Shown here in pieces: positions 10,313 to 21,634 of a DNA stretch of 64,000 bases. The stretch's first letter is position 1. Each line of letters begins with the position of its first letter. This DNA is from Longimicrobiales bacterium (GTDB taxonomy: Bacteria > Gemmatimonadota > Gemmatimonadetes > Longimicrobiales > Gaopeijiaceae): assembly GCA_965198065.1 (NCBI GenBank), contig CBDAON010000004.1, positions 2,752,001-2,816,000 of the forward strand, in the 5' to 3' direction. The position numbers and the translations under genes are program-made. The notes under the pieces were generated by a model, which ran no database searches, was not told the DNA's origin, and was given only the letters and a program-made list of their open reading frames with translations.

Positions 10313-11178
10313 CGGATGGGGCTTCACGGTGGGGCTTCCGTCGGAGCCTCGGGGGCGAGTCCCGAGTCAACGTTCCACGTGAGCGAACTGTCTTAGGTAA
10401 CAGCTTGGAACGTCCCGTCACTCGCGGACGAAATGGAGTCGACATGGCACCTGGATATCGTGCGCTGAGATCGACGAGCGCCCCTCTGTCCCTTCTTCTG
10501 GTCGGTGCGGCCGGAGCGCTCATGGCGCCTCCAGCGCTCGCCCAGCAGCCGCCGATCACGGAGGCCGGCGGCATCCGCATATTGGGACCGCCGCCTCCCG
10601 TGGCTCCGGCGGTGGAAAGCCGGGACGAAGAGGGCCGGGTCACGATCCGGGCCGTCCGGGTTACCGAAATGAACACCGACGGTATCCTGGACGAGCCCTT
10701 CTATCAGGCGACGGCCTCCGTTTCCGGCTTTGTCCAGAGCGTGCCGATTTCCGGGGCTGAGCCGACCGAGCTGACGGAGGCCTGGATCAGCTTCGACGAC
10801 GATAACGTGTACATCTCGGCGCGAGTCTGGTATTCGGCACCCCGGAGCGAGTGGGTGGCGAACTCGATGCAGCGTGACGCCTCGTCCAACCGGCAGCAGG
10901 ACCAGTTCGGCGTCTTCCTCGACACCTTCTACGACCGGCGGAACTCGATCGGCATCTACCTGAACCCCACGGGCGGGTTCTCGGACCTGCAGGTCACGAA
11001 CGAGGGGAGTCCCAACTTCGACTGGAACCCCGTGACCGAAGTTCGGACCGCTCGATTCGACGGCGGATGGACGCTTGAGATCGCGATTCCCTTCAAGTCC
11101 ATTCGCTACAGGGCCGGCCGGGAGCAGGTCTGGGGAATCCGGTGATGGTATACTTGCGTAACCGGCTCTATGGTATTA

Positions 11179-11367
11179 TCATTGTTCTATGGAACCCGTA
11201 TCGTCTTGTACGATAACGCTTTCTGCCTCGTCTGACTGCTCAGACACCAGCGCGTCCACCTCCTTCATAACGCGCTTCCCGAATATCCGTTCCATCGCTT
11301 CGCGGCCCGGCAACTCGGCCGCGTTCTTAGGCAGCCTTCGCTTCCGCTTCTTCTTCGGCTTGGTCAC
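11179..11367 (-). CDS. Small basic hypothetical protein inside the IS
   Basis: 62 aa, KPKKKRKRR; start overlaps the stop of the upstream small ORF. Confidence 0.5.
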   Translation of the reverse strand: MTKPKKKRKRRLPKNAAELPGREAMERIFGKRVMKEVDALVSEQSDEAESVIVQDDTGSIEQ

Positions 11368-11531
11368 CCTTCGACCTCAACGATGTAGAGAATCTTGTCC
11401 ATGGGGACTGCCGCAACTTTGTGTTTGTCCTTGTAGAACACCGTGGACGAGGTGGTTTCCTTGAAGTCGTCGGCGTCGACGATCAGTTCTTTCTTTTCGC
11501 CATTGGCGAACACGATTCGGTAGGTAGACAT
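11364..11531 (-). CDS. 55-aa hypothetical protein (MSTYRIVFANGEKKEL...)
   Basis: Protein-like composition; its ATG overlaps the transposase start. Confidence 0.55.
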   Translation of the reverse strand: MSTYRIVFANGEKKELIVDADDFKETTSSTVFYKDKHKVAAVPMDKILYIVEVEG

Positions 11532-12414
11532 GGCTATGAACCTCGTGAAGTTGATCGACCGTTTCAGCACCGACGAGAAGTGCCGGGAATACTTGGAAGC
11601 CCTACGCTGGCCGGGCGGCGTGGCTTGCCTCCGGTGCGGCGACATGGACGTGACCGACCTCGAGAAGTACAACCGCTGGAAGTGCAAGGGCTGCGAGTAC
11701 CAGTTCACCGTGACAACCGGCACCATCATGCACGATTCCCACCTGCCCCTCCGCAAATGGTTTCTTGCCATCTACCTCATGTGCGAGAGCAAGAAGGGCA
11801 TGAGCGCCCATCAGCTCAAACGCACTCTCGGCGTTGCCTACAAGACCGCGTGGTATCTCTGCCACCGCATCCGCGAGGCGATGGGCAACGATCCGCTCAC
11901 CGGCCCCACCCTGGTCGGGGTCATCGAGGTGGACGAGACGATGGTCGGCGGCAAGCGCACGGGCAAGAACTGGCGCGACAACAAGCACTGGGTGGCTGGT
12001 GCCATCGAGCGCGGCGGCCGTGTGCGCGTCGAGCGCATCCCCGACGTGAGGCGCGACACCCTGCACGGCTTCATCCGACGCACCGTGAAGGATGGGGCAG
12101 AGGCGATCTATACGGACGACCTCAAGTCCTACATCGGGGTCGGGGACGAGGACACGCGCCACGAGACCGTCAACCACTCCGCCGAGGAATGGGTCATCGG
12201 GGACGTGCACACCAACTCGATTGAGGGAGTCTGGAGCCTGTTCAAGCGGTCGATCGTCGGGACGTTCCACAAGATGAGCGCCAAGCACATGGACCGCTAT
12301 CTCGAGGAACTCGAATGGCGCTACAACAACCGCAAGAACCCCCACATCTTCCCGGACACGCTCCGCCGGATCCTCAACACCGACCGCCTCCGGTACCGGG
12401 AGTTGATTGCGTAG
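11530..12414 (+). CDS. IS1595 family transposase
   Basis: Zn ribbon (CLRC..CKGC), EVDETMVGG, YTDD, HTNSIEGVWS, YLEELEWRYN. Confidence 0.95.
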   Translation: MAMNLVKLIDRFSTDEKCREYLEALRWPGGVACLRCGDMDVTDLEKYNRWKCKGCEYQFTVTTGTIMHDSHLPLRKWFLAIYLMCESKKGMSAHQLKRTLGVAYKTAWYLCHRIREAMGNDPLTGPTLVGVIEVDETMVGGKRTGKNWRDNKHWVAGAIERGGRVRVERIPDVRRDTLHGFIRRTVKDGAEAIYTDDLKSYIGVGDEDTRHETVNHSAEEWVIGDVHTNSIEGVWSLFKRSIVGTFHKMSAKHMDRYLEELEWRYNNRKNPHIFPDTLRRILNTDRLRYRELIA

Positions 12415-12485
12415 GCCCATTTTGCAGAGAAATTATCTACTTGCCGCACGGCCCCAGCACCCTGGTGGCCTGAGCGGCGCGGGCG

Positions 12486-12686
12486 TCAGGCAGGGGTGGA
12501 TTCGTTCTGGCCGTTGATGGCGTCTACCCGCCGCTCCAGGTTGCGAATGCGATAGTCAAGTCCGCGCACCATCCGGATGGTTTCTCTCAGGAGTGCGGCA
12601 CCCTCGAACACTAGATCTTCGAGGTCCGACAGTCGCTCGTCGATCTTGTCCAGCCGGGCAAGGATCCTGATCTCGCCTTCGCTCAT
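12486..12686 (-). CDS. Small coiled-coil passenger protein
   Basis: Heptad pattern LDKIDERLSDLE..LERRV; GGAG RBS. Confidence 0.55.
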   Translation of the reverse strand: MSEGEIRILARLDKIDERLSDLEDLVFEGAALLRETIRMVRGLDYRIRNLERRVDAINGQNESTPA

Positions 12687-12743
12687 CGTTCCGCTCCCTT
12701 TTCCAGCCGCCTGCGGGCTGGAAACCTCATGTGATGTCCTGCC

Positions 12744-13242
12744 TCACAAGAGCACCGAAATCCCCACGACCAGAGAGAAGATGGTTTGAGAGTCGAACAG
12801 CTCGGTTTCCCGCCAAGACGAATACTGTGTCAATAGGCGCAACGCCGAGTGCTCGGTCAGGGGAATCCTCCAGCCCACACCGCCGCCGGCACCGAACTGT
12901 GTGTCCGAGTACTCGACGGCACGGGCATCGACGGCACGTCCCCACCCGTCGTAAGCTAACTCGTAATACTCGCCTCTAACATGACTCATCCCGAAGCTGG
13001 CCAGCAAGAACGGACCTCCTTCGGTTCGATGGTTCTCCCGGAAGAAGACTATCAATCCGGGAGAAAACCCGAAGCTTTTCTGCATATCGCCGACCCTAAA
13101 AAATGTTTCTGCCTGGAGATGCAGCCTGGACGCGGTGCCGATGCCCAGCCTGAGAGTTCCCGCGGGGAAGTTGCAGGAAGCGCGAAAGAAGCCAGGGCCA
13201 AAAGAGCCAGTGAAATCCTTAGCATCGGACGATCTTCTATCA
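12744..13242 (-). pseudogene. Outer-membrane beta-barrel-like passenger protein, probably frameshifted after its signal peptide
   Basis: Amphipathic strands GAGGGVGWRI..FSLVVGISVLL; signal-like MLRISLALLALASFA lies in another frame. Confidence 0.45.
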
Positions 13243-13397
13243 TGGGATCGATCCTGCTCCTGTTTTGAGGTGATTCGCTTGGGCCCGATGGTGCCGGGCC
13301 ATTGCAAACCGTTCTCACCTTCTTTAGAACAGCAGCCTGTCAAGCGAACCCGATGCGGCGGCACGGCCCCTGCTTCGGCCTCGAACTGCCACGCCGC

Positions 13398-13745
13398 CTA
13401 AAGCTTCATCCGTACATCTTCTAAGAAATGGAACCAGGCCCTCAAGCTTGCATCGTCAGTCGTGCATTTCCCAGGGCTGTAGAATCCTGCTTTTTCTAAC
13501 CGTCCGATTAAGAGATTCGCACGATTTGCAGCCTCTCGCTTCATGAACGCGGGGTTGCCTGGTTTTTCTGGATTCAAGGTGTCTGGCTCACAGACCTTTG
13601 TGATTTTGCGAAACCCCTCTTCCACTGGTTTTCTCAACCGAAAACGATTGATTCTTCCCCTTCCCCATAGAATCAACATACCCACCCCAACCGCAACGGC
13701 ATGAGAGAAAGTCTCGCCAGCCAAGAAGTCTGTAAGCATCTCCAT
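13398..13745 (-). CDS. Hypothetical passenger protein with an N-terminal TM helix, lower GC
   Basis: 115-aa ORF; GGAGG lies just inside the IR. Confidence 0.6.
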   Translation of the reverse strand: MEMLTDFLAGETFSHAVAVGVGMLILWGRGRINRFRLRKPVEEGFRKITKVCEPDTLNPEKPGNPAFMKREAANRANLLIGRLEKAGFYSPGKCTTDDASLRAWFHFLEDVRMKL

Positions 13746-15578
13746 GCGCGCATTTTAAACGCACCTCCTCCGGTTACGCAAGTATACTATCACCGGGAAT
13801 CCAGATGCGCCGCTCGATCATGGCGCTGAATGAATGGGGACACATTACGCAGCTCCCCCTCTCCGTTGCCGGAAACGGTTCTCAGGGGATCTTCCGGGTG
13901 TCGATGTACGGCACGCTCGTGGGGATCGAGGCGCCGCCTCCCAGCCGGACCGTGGACGTGAAGCCCTACGCGATCACGGGTTCGATCACCGATCGGACCG
14001 TGGACCCCGCGGTCTCGAACGACGGCTACGCCGACGCGGGGCTCGACGTGAAGTACAGCATCACGGAGAACATGGTCGCCGACCTGACGTTCAATACGGA
14101 CTTCGCGCAGGTCGAGGTGGACGAGCAGCAGGTGAACCTGAGCCGGTTCTCGATCGTCTTCCCCGAAAAGCGGGAGTTCTTCCTCGAGAGCCGGGGCACG
14201 TTCGGCTTCGGGCGAGGGGCCAGCGGTGGCGGCGGCGGTGGTGGCGGTCGGGGCGGTGGAGGGGGAAGGGGAGGCGGATCGGCTCCCACGCTCTTCTACA
14301 GCCGCCAGATCGGGCTTGAGGGAGGGGAAGCCATCCCGATCCTCGCGGGGGGTCGCGTGACCGGGAAGGTCGGCTCGTTCGACGTCGGGGTGCTCAGCAT
14401 CCAGACGGACGACGTGCCCAGCGCGGAGGCCGAGTCCACGAACTTTTCTGTGCTTCGGATCCGCCGGGACGTCTTCTCCAGGAGTACCGTCGGCGTCCTC
14501 TTGGAGAACCGGTCGAGATCCGTGGTCGCCGAAGGTTCAAACCAGGCGTACGGAGTGGACGCCTCCTTCGGCTTCCTAGGAAACGCGAGCCTCGTGACCT
14601 GGTACGCGAAGACGGCAACGGAGACGCTCGACGGGAACGACCAGAGCTACCAGGCCAGGCTCCAGTACGGTGGGGACATGTGGGGAGGGTCGATCGGCCA
14701 AATGATGGTCGGGCACGACTTCAACCCCGAGATCGGAAACGCCCGAAGGAAGGACTTCCTAGAGAGTTCCTTCAACGCGCGCTTCAGCCCCCGACCCGGG
14801 TCCGTTTCCTGGATCCGTCAGCTCAGCTTTCAGGGGGACCTTTCGCTGACGGAGAACGAGCGGTCGGGCCTCCTGGAGAGTCGGAGTCGGGGGGCATCTT
14901 TCGGGATCAGTCTCGAGAACGGTGACAACTTCAACCTGAGCTTCACAGACAGCTACGAGTACCTCGCCGACGACGCGAGAATCTCGGGTGCCATCGTTCC
15001 GGTCGGGCAGTACGACTTTCGGGGCGTTCAGGGCGGCTACAGCTTTGGCCCTCAGCGCCGGGTCTCCGCGAGCGTCTCAGCGCGTACGGGAAGCTACTAC
15101 TCCGGCACGCTCACCTCGTTCGGGATCGGTAACGGACGCATTGAGATCCTCCCCGAGCTGACCCTCCAACCCAGCATCGCGTTCAACTGGATCGACTTGC
15201 CCGAGCTTCAGGAGACCGAAGGGGAGTTCAACCAGCACGTGGCCCGGGCAAGGGTAACCTACAGCTTCACGCCCCGGATGTTCACGAGCGCACTCGTCCA
15301 GTACAACTCGGGGAGCGATGCCTTCAGCGTGAACGCGCGCCTGCGCTGGGAATGGGCGCCCGGCAGCGAGCTCTTCATCGTCTATACGGAGGACCGTGAC
15401 ACGGATCCGGTCTTCCTGGACGGGCGGGATCGCTGGTCGGAGCTGTCCAACCGCGCTCTCGTCGTCAAGGTGAACCGTCTGTTCCGACTCTAGCGACCTG
15501 TAACTCCAGCGGGGCGATCTGACGACGACGGCCCGTCGTCATTCGGGTCGTCACGCGGGTCGCCCCCCGACCCGACCC

Positions 15579-17702
15579 TCAGCGCTCGGGAAGGGCGAAC
15601 ACGTAAAGCGCGTTCCCGCTATCCGGGTGCCGGATCTCTGGAGCCACGAGCCGCGGGACGTTCCGTGGGCTCGACCCTCCGAGCGCGGTCGTGACCGCGA
15701 TGTACTGCCTGCCGTCCACGCTGAAGCTGAGCGGGTGGCCCTGGACAGACGTGCCGAGTCGCACCTCCCAGAGGATCTCGCCGGTCCTCGCGTCGTGCGC
15801 CCGGAACCAGCGATCCCGATCCCCTACGAACGCGAGGTCGCCGGCGGTGGACAGGACGCCGGTGTGATACGAGGCGCGCTGCTCGTAGCTCCAGACCTCC
15901 TCCAGCGTCGTAACGTCGTAGGCGCCGAGCTTTCCGTTGTTTCCGTCGGAGCCGGGCATCTCGAAGAACAGCCGGGCCGAGGCCCCCCCCCCGGTCCCTT
16001 CGACCAGCTCGACCTCCCGAGCCTGGTTCTCTAGGCAGGTCTGGCTCAAGGGCGCGATCATCAACCCCGACGGTGGGTGGTAGCTCATCGAGTGCCAGTC
16101 CTTCCCGCCCGCGCTGCTCGGGCAGGCGGGGATCCACTCCCCGACCTGCGCGTTGATGACGTCGTCCCGGTACATGATCGCTCCGGTCTCCGGATCGATC
16201 GAGCTGAAGGCGTTCTGAAAGACCGTCTCCGTGTATCCGAGGAACTCGCCCGTGACGCGGTCGTTCTTCCACAGAATCCCGTGCTTTCCAATCGAGAAGA
16301 CGAGCCTTTGCCCGTCTCGGTCCACGAGGACCCGCTCGAAGACCTCGTCCAGGTCCAGCGCCTCACCGGGCACGTGCTGGTAGTGCCACCGGAGCTCGCC
16401 CGTATCCACGTCCAGCGCGATCGTGGAGCTGGTGTAGAGGGCGGCGTCGAAGATCGACATCTGCCGGCTCGCGGGCGACCATGGCTTGGCCTGCGCCGTG
16501 CCCCAGTAGGTGAGGCCCAGCTCGGGGTCGTAGCTTCCCGCGATCCAGGTCTCGCCCCCGGCCCGGAACAGGTTGTCCTGATCTCCCCATGTTTCCCCGC
16601 CGGGCTCCCCTGCGTGCGCGATCGTGTTGAAGCGCCAGAGGAGCTGGCCCGTGTTCGCGTCGTGGGCACTCACGAAGCAGCGCTCCTCTCTGTACCGGCC
16701 GCAGCCGCCCAGTCCCTGGATCACCTTGCCATCGGCAATGATCGGGCCGCTCGAGTTCGAGAACCCGTCCGCGATCTGCGTCTCCCAGACCAGCTCGCCC
16801 GTGCGAGCGTCCAGGGCGACGAGCCGGGCGTCCGTTGTGGCCTGGATGATCTTGTCGTCGTAGATGGCAATGTTGCGCATGTCCGACGTGGACTCGGGCC
16901 CCGAGGCGTGCTCCCAGAGAAAGTCACCGGTAGCCGCGTCCAGCGCCTGAATCCGGTTCCCGGTATTGATCAGGTAGATCACCCCGCGGTACGCGATGGG
17001 AGCGGGCTCGGAGCCGCCTTCGTACATGTTCCAGATCCACGCGAGCCGCAGGTCGGCCACGTTCTCGCGGTCGACTTGGTCGAGCGGGCTGTAGCTCGTC
17101 CCATAGGGGTCGCGCCGCATCATCGGCCAGTCCGCCGGATCCGGGTTCGCCAGCACCTGGTCGGTCGCCGGCACGAAGTTGTCGAAGGCGCTCGAGACGG
17201 CGGTCCCGGCCGGAACGGCGGGTGCCGGGCCGGCCTCGGCGATCGGGAAGATCCACCCTCGGATCTCTCCGCCGGGGTTCGCCTGGCTGTGCACCTGTAT
17301 GTAGAGGCCGGCGTCGCGGAGCGCGGCCACCTGCTCGCCCGTGAGATCGACCGCACCGCTGACGGAACCTTCCGTGGCCGGGGTCACCTGGAGCGGCTGC
17401 GCGACGGGCCCGTTCAAGCCCGGCGCGGCGAGGTGAAGGTGGGCGTTCGTGGCGGCAGCGCTGAGCCCGGCGTACGTGCCGGACACCGATAGGCGACTTC
17501 CCTGAAGCGTTGCCGTGAACTGGCCGATGCCTGTGATCGACTCCACCGTGCTGCCCGTCACCGGAAGAGGGGAAAGGCGCCCACGGTACTGCTCGGGCTG
17601 CTGCGCCGCTCGTCCCTCCGCCGGGGTGGCCGCGAGGGCCATCGCACCGGAGGCGATCAGGAGCGCCGCAAGCGTGATCCTTGGAAGCAGGTAGTTTCGC
17701 AT
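15579..17702 (-). CDS. CHRD domain fused to a PQQ-dependent alcohol-dehydrogenase-like propeller
   Basis: CHRD motifs ([24 protein letters not shown]), then [24 protein letters not shown]. Confidence 0.85.
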   Translation of the reverse strand: MRNYLLPRITLAALLIASGAMALAATPAEGRAAQQPEQYRGRLSPLPVTGSTVESITGIGQFTATLQGSRLSVSGTYAGLSAAATNAHLHLAAPGLNGPVAQPLQVTPATEGSVSGAVDLTGEQVAALRDAGLYIQVHSQANPGGEIRGWIFPIAEAGPAPAVPAGTAVSSAFDNFVPATDQVLANPDPADWPMMRRDPYGTSYSPLDQVDRENVADLRLAWIWNMYEGGSEPAPIAYRGVIYLINTGNRIQALDAATGDFLWEHASGPESTSDMRNIAIYDDKIIQATTDARLVALDARTGELVWETQIADGFSNSSGPIIADGKVIQGLGGCGRYREERCFVSAHDANTGQLLWRFNTIAHAGEPGGETWGDQDNLFRAGGETWIAGSYDPELGLTYWGTAQAKPWSPASRQMSIFDAALYTSSTIALDVDTGELRWHYQHVPGEALDLDEVFERVLVDRDGQRLVFSIGKHGILWKNDRVTGEFLGYTETVFQNAFSSIDPETGAIMYRDDVINAQVGEWIPACPSSAGGKDWHSMSYHPPSGLMIAPLSQTCLENQAREVELVEGTGGGASARLFFEMPGSDGNNGKLGAYDVTTLEEVWSYEQRASYHTGVLSTAGDLAFVGDRDRWFRAHDARTGEILWEVRLGTSVQGHPLSFSVDGRQYIAVTTALGGSSPRNVPRLVAPEIRHPDSGNALYVFALPER

Positions 17703-17964
17703 GACTGACCTCTCGCTCGAACGGAGCCGGGGCTCCCTGAAGGGGACTCTCGCCAGGAACTGCCTCTACCTCTCCAACCGCCCCGCCGCCGCTCGAGCGT
17801 CGGGAGCGACTCCACAGTACCGTCGGCGCGGGCGCCGGGGCAAGCGAGGGTTCCGCTCGTGAACGGGCTCGCCGGCGCGGCTGCCGCAGATCTGGTGCGA
17901 GTACTTTTCGCCGGGCTCGCCCCCGCCCATGTATGCCGCGCATGTAGCGTCGCGGCTTCTCCTA

Positions 17965-19914
17965 CTACGGGGCCGTCACGGGCGCCACGTCGAAGTCGAG
18001 GTTCCCGGTGATCCGCACGCCCTCGTTCCGGAACCCGTCCAGATAGAGCTGGATCCGCCGACGGGCTTCAGTGAGGTCCTCGGTATCCAGAGTCAGGTTC
18101 AGCAGGTCGATGTACCAAGGGGCCTTCAAGTCGTCCGACACGTAGGCCTGGACGATCTCCCGGGCGACCGGGAGAGTCGTGTCCTTCGATACGTCGTGCA
18201 CGTCTCGGTCTGTGGCCTGCCGGAGCTTCTCGTATTCCTCGGTGAGGAGCCTGAGGAAGAGCTCCATGGTCAGGGGGTCGCCGGCCCGCACACCCGTCTC
18301 CGGATCGTCGTCGCTCATCCTGGCGCCCTTGTGGAGCCACTCCCAGAGGATGCTCAGACGGATCTCGCCGGTCGCCATGTCCTCCATCAGGTAGAGCACG
18401 TCGTCGTTTCCGAAGGAGTCCGCCGGCTTCAAGGCCGCGGCCTGGAGCCCCTGTCCGAACGCGTTGCCGTACTGCATCCCGACACTGATGAGGTCGCGGG
18501 CGCCCCGCACCGTTCGGGGGGCCGGCTCCAGGGCGAGGAGGGTGTCCGCGTCCGCTTCCGTGTAGGTGAGGGCAGGGAACGGCCGACCCAGCTGATTCGG
18601 TTCTCCGGCCTCCTCCCACACCGGGCGCACGATGTGAACCATCTTCCAGTGCGCGACCCATTTTCCGCTCGCCCCTTCACGCTGCTCCCGCCTGGCGCCC
18701 CTGACTGCCCTCTTCATGCCGGCCTCGACGCCCGCGGGTGATCCCACGGGGATGTTCGGCTCCATCCCACCCTGCCAGAGCGTATGCCGTCCGGCCTGAT
18801 CGGGCGTGTTCACCGCCCGTCGGACCTGGTCCTCGTAGGCCCGCATGTACCCGTAGGTCATTGTGACGGCCTCGATGTTGGGATGTTGGAACTCCGGATC
18901 CCAGGCCATCGCGTCGGAGACGCTGTTGATGTAGTCCCACCGCCCGGTGTTGAACCCGACGAAGCGCGGGCCGAGGGCGGCGCGGATCTCCATTAGTTGG
19001 AAGCTCGCCTCCAGCTGCTCGACCAGGACGTAGGTCCGGATCGTGCCGGCCGGGAGCCCCAGGTGCGACTCCAGGGCGGACAGGATGTCGTTCCACAGCG
19101 CGGCCTCTTCTGCGGTCTGAATCTTCGGCAGATACAGGACGAGCGACCGTCCGGCCGTGGTGAGCGCGTCGTGATTGAGCACGACGAACAGGACCGCGTC
19201 GACGATCGAGGCGGAAAACCCCGTCCCGTCCCCGCACCGGACGTGGCGGTCGTCCAGGTGGAGCCCACGGGCGCGGAAGATCACCGTCGTGAAGTCGAGC
19301 TGCTCCTTCCACTCCGGGATGATCTTCCGACCAAAGAAAGCCTCCGACCACTGGTTCATCTCCCGAGCCACACCCGCAGCGGTGCTCAGGAAGACCGGGT
19401 CGCGAGAGATCGCGACGCAAAGGTTATGCTGGTTGTCGAGGGACGTCGTCGAGCGCTGGCCGAGGGCGTCCTCTCCATCGAACATCCAGCCGTCCGCACC
19501 CGAGAGGAGCGCGTAGGCCACGTTTCGGATGCTCCGCTCGACGGGTGCATTCGGCCTTGCGCCCGGGCCGGTACCCTGGATCCACTGCCGCTCGAGGTCG
19601 CGGGGAATCTCACCCCCCCGAAACCCACCGGCCCTGGCGTCTTCGACCCGGATGGTGGTGCGCGGGATCAGGGCCTCCGGATCCAGGAAGCCGATCCTCT
19701 CGCCCTCGAAGGCCCTCCGTGCCCGACGCCGGAGGCGGCCGGCCATGACTTCCCGCCGGTCATTCTCGAGCTCTGCCAGCGCGTTGAGAGCCGCCCTCGC
19801 CACGGGCGTAAAGACGTCTGAGTACCTCTCCTGGAGGCTCGCGCGAATCTCGAGAGCGGGGGCCGCTACGCGACGTGGCGGCAAGCGGGCACCCTCGTCC
19901 ACGGATCGAGCCAA
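17965..19914 (-). CDS. Malate synthase
   Basis: MFDGEDA, FRARGLHL, LYLPK, GFNTGRWDYINS, GKWVAH, LMEDMATGEI. Confidence 0.9.
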   Translation of the reverse strand: MARSVDEGARLPPRRVAAPALEIRASLQERYSDVFTPVARAALNALAELENDRREVMAGRLRRRARRAFEGERIGFLDPEALIPRTTIRVEDARAGGFRGGEIPRDLERQWIQGTGPGARPNAPVERSIRNVAYALLSGADGWMFDGEDALGQRSTTSLDNQHNLCVAISRDPVFLSTAAGVAREMNQWSEAFFGRKIIPEWKEQLDFTTVIFRARGLHLDDRHVRCGDGTGFSASIVDAVLFVVLNHDALTTAGRSLVLYLPKIQTAEEAALWNDILSALESHLGLPAGTIRTYVLVEQLEASFQLMEIRAALGPRFVGFNTGRWDYINSVSDAMAWDPEFQHPNIEAVTMTYGYMRAYEDQVRRAVNTPDQAGRHTLWQGGMEPNIPVGSPAGVEAGMKRAVRGARREQREGASGKWVAHWKMVHIVRPVWEEAGEPNQLGRPFPALTYTEADADTLLALEPAPRTVRGARDLISVGMQYGNAFGQGLQAAALKPADSFGNDDVLYLMEDMATGEIRLSILWEWLHKGARMSDDDPETGVRAGDPLTMELFLRLLTEEYEKLRQATDRDVHDVSKDTTLPVAREIVQAYVSDDLKAPWYIDLLNLTLDTEDLTEARRRIQLYLDGFRNEGVRITGNLDFDVAPVTAP

Positions 19915-20164
19915 CTCCCTCTCCTTAGGTACGCTCGCCTACCCTCACCCTCCCACAGGGCCGTCCTGGATCGGGCGTAACGTGGTGGCCCCGCCTCACC
20001 CCTGCAAGACAGGATCCTCGGACGAACGGAGCGATGGAGCCACGCGGATGGAGCGACGGACCCCGGGGTTGACGTGAGCGTCCCCACCCCTGCATACCTC
20101 CCTGTGGGGACGCTCGCTCGAACCCTTACAACATCCCAACTACATCCAACCTTCCGGTGCCACG

Positions 20165-20905
20165 ATGAAGACCCAGCGATCACGGTTCCCGTCGGCCCTC
20201 GGCTTTCTGTGCATGCTGACCTGGGCTCTGTCGTTACCCACGCACGCGGCGGGGCAGGGCGACGCAGCGGGGCAGGGCGACGCAATGCGGATCGGACTCA
20301 TCGGGGCCGGGAACATGGGCGGCCCCCTGGGTCTGCTTTTGGCCGAGGCCGGCCATCAGGTGGTGTGGGCGTCGCGAAACCCGGACGAGCTGATGGACCT
20401 CGTCCAGGCTGCCGCGCCTAGGGCGACCGCAGGGTACGCGGACGCCGCCGCATACTTCAGTGACGTGATCGTTCTGGCCGTGCCTCCGAGCGCGATTCCT
20501 CAGATCGGGGAGAACTATGGTCACCTCCTGCAGGGCAAGATCGTGATCGATCTGACGAACCCGCGCCTGGACCGGGATGGTCCCATATCGAACGAGTGGC
20601 TCGCAATGGGAACGGGTCTCGCCATGGCCCAGTACCTCCCCGGAGCGCGCCTCGTCAAGGCCTTCAACATCTTGGGGTCGGGGATGCTGGATGAGGCTCA
20701 CAGACCGGGCGAGCAGATCGGTGTCCTCATCGCGGGGGACGACCCCGAGGCCGTGTCGGTCGTGGAGCGCCTCGTCGGGGACGCGGGCTTCGACCCCGTG
20801 ATCGTCGGCGCGCTCGAGCGGGCGAGTGAGTTCGACCGGGGGACCCCGGTGTGGTTGAGCGGCATGACGGCCCGAGAGCTTCGTTCGGCGCTGAACCTGC
20901 CGTGA
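20165..20905 (+). CDS. F420-dependent NADP oxidoreductase family protein with a signal peptide
   Basis: GLIGAGNMG, DLTNP, LVKAFN, AGDD. Confidence 0.8.
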   Translation: MKTQRSRFPSALGFLCMLTWALSLPTHAAGQGDAAGQGDAMRIGLIGAGNMGGPLGLLLAEAGHQVVWASRNPDELMDLVQAAAPRATAGYADAAAYFSDVIVLAVPPSAIPQIGENYGHLLQGKIVIDLTNPRLDRDGPISNEWLAMGTGLAMAQYLPGARLVKAFNILGSGMLDEAHRPGEQIGVLIAGDDPEAVSVVERLVGDAGFDPVIVGALERASEFDRGTPVWLSGMTARELRSALNLP

Positions 20906-21582
20906 GTGCCCCCCGAGGGCTCGTGCTCGCCCTTCTGGTGGTTGGAGCGCTTCCGTCGCAGCGACTCGAGGCCGTTCAGGGGCTCTCCGCCTCAATGGGT
21001 TGGGAGGCGACGATCCGCGAGTTCGAGGGGGCGGACCGGCAGAGCTGGCCGGCACCGGGGGCGGTGGTCTTCGTGGGGAGCTCGTCGATCGTACGGTGGA
21101 CGACGCTGGCCGAGGACTTTCCGTCCATCCGGACCCTGAATCGCGGGTTCGGGGGATCCGTTCTAAGGGACGTCATCCAGTATGTGGATCGCATCATCCT
21201 TCCCTACCGACCGAGCCACGTCGTCGTCCATTCGGGAGACGAAGAGCTGTCCCGTGGGATGACCGGGGATCAGATCTTCGCGGCCTATCAGGACCTGGTT
21301 ACGATGATCCACCTCGACCACCCCCAGGCACGGATCACCTGGATCGCCATGAAGCCGAGTCCCGCCCTCTGGCCACATGCGGACGTGATGCGCGCCGTGA
21401 ACGACCGCGCGAGGGACTTCGCGCGGGGCGACCTCCGGCTCCAGTACGTGGACGTCTTCACCCCGATGCTGACGGCCGGCGGGACTCCGAGGGAGGAGCT
21501 CTTCGCAGAGGACAATCTCCACCTGAACGCCCAGGGTTACGCGTTGTGGAGCGAGATCCTGAGCCGGTACGTGGAGCGCTGA
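20902..21582 (+). CDS. SGNH/GDSL hydrolase
   Basis: VFVGSSSI, NRGFGGS, DNLHLN. Confidence 0.85.
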   Translation: MSAPRGLVLALLVVGALPSQRLEAVQGLSASMGWEATIREFEGADRQSWPAPGAVVFVGSSSIVRWTTLAEDFPSIRTLNRGFGGSVLRDVIQYVDRIILPYRPSHVVVHSGDEELSRGMTGDQIFAAYQDLVTMIHLDHPQARITWIAMKPSPALWPHADVMRAVNDRARDFARGDLRLQYVDVFTPMLTAGGTPREELFAEDNLHLNAQGYALWSEILSRYVER

Positions 21583-21634
21583 GGCCTTCGCGGATCGGCG
21601 ACCGGGGGGGGGCGGCAACGCCGCGCCGTAGGTT

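Larger units (their letters stand above)
11141..13794 (+). mobile_element. IS1595-family element carrying passenger genes (2,654 bp)
   Basis: 25-bp terminal IRs GGTGATGGTATACTTGCGTAACCGG (11141-11165) and 13770-13794 with 1 mismatch; 8-bp TSD GGGAATCC at 11133-11140 and 13795-13802. Confidence 0.95.
10444..15493 (+). pseudogene. Second DUF5916 protein, interrupted by IS1595 (5' part 10444-11140, 3' part 13803-15493)
   Basis: Removing the IS and one TSD copy restores QVWGIQMRRSI, matching the paralogue's QVWGVQFRRAI. Confidence 0.9.

Noticed and set aside
8489..10327. Long antisense ORFs (also 25188-26819, 31060-32661, 36721-38220, 44304-46283, 53180-54583)
   Set aside because: Shadow frames of real genes in high-GC DNA, with no recognisable motifs
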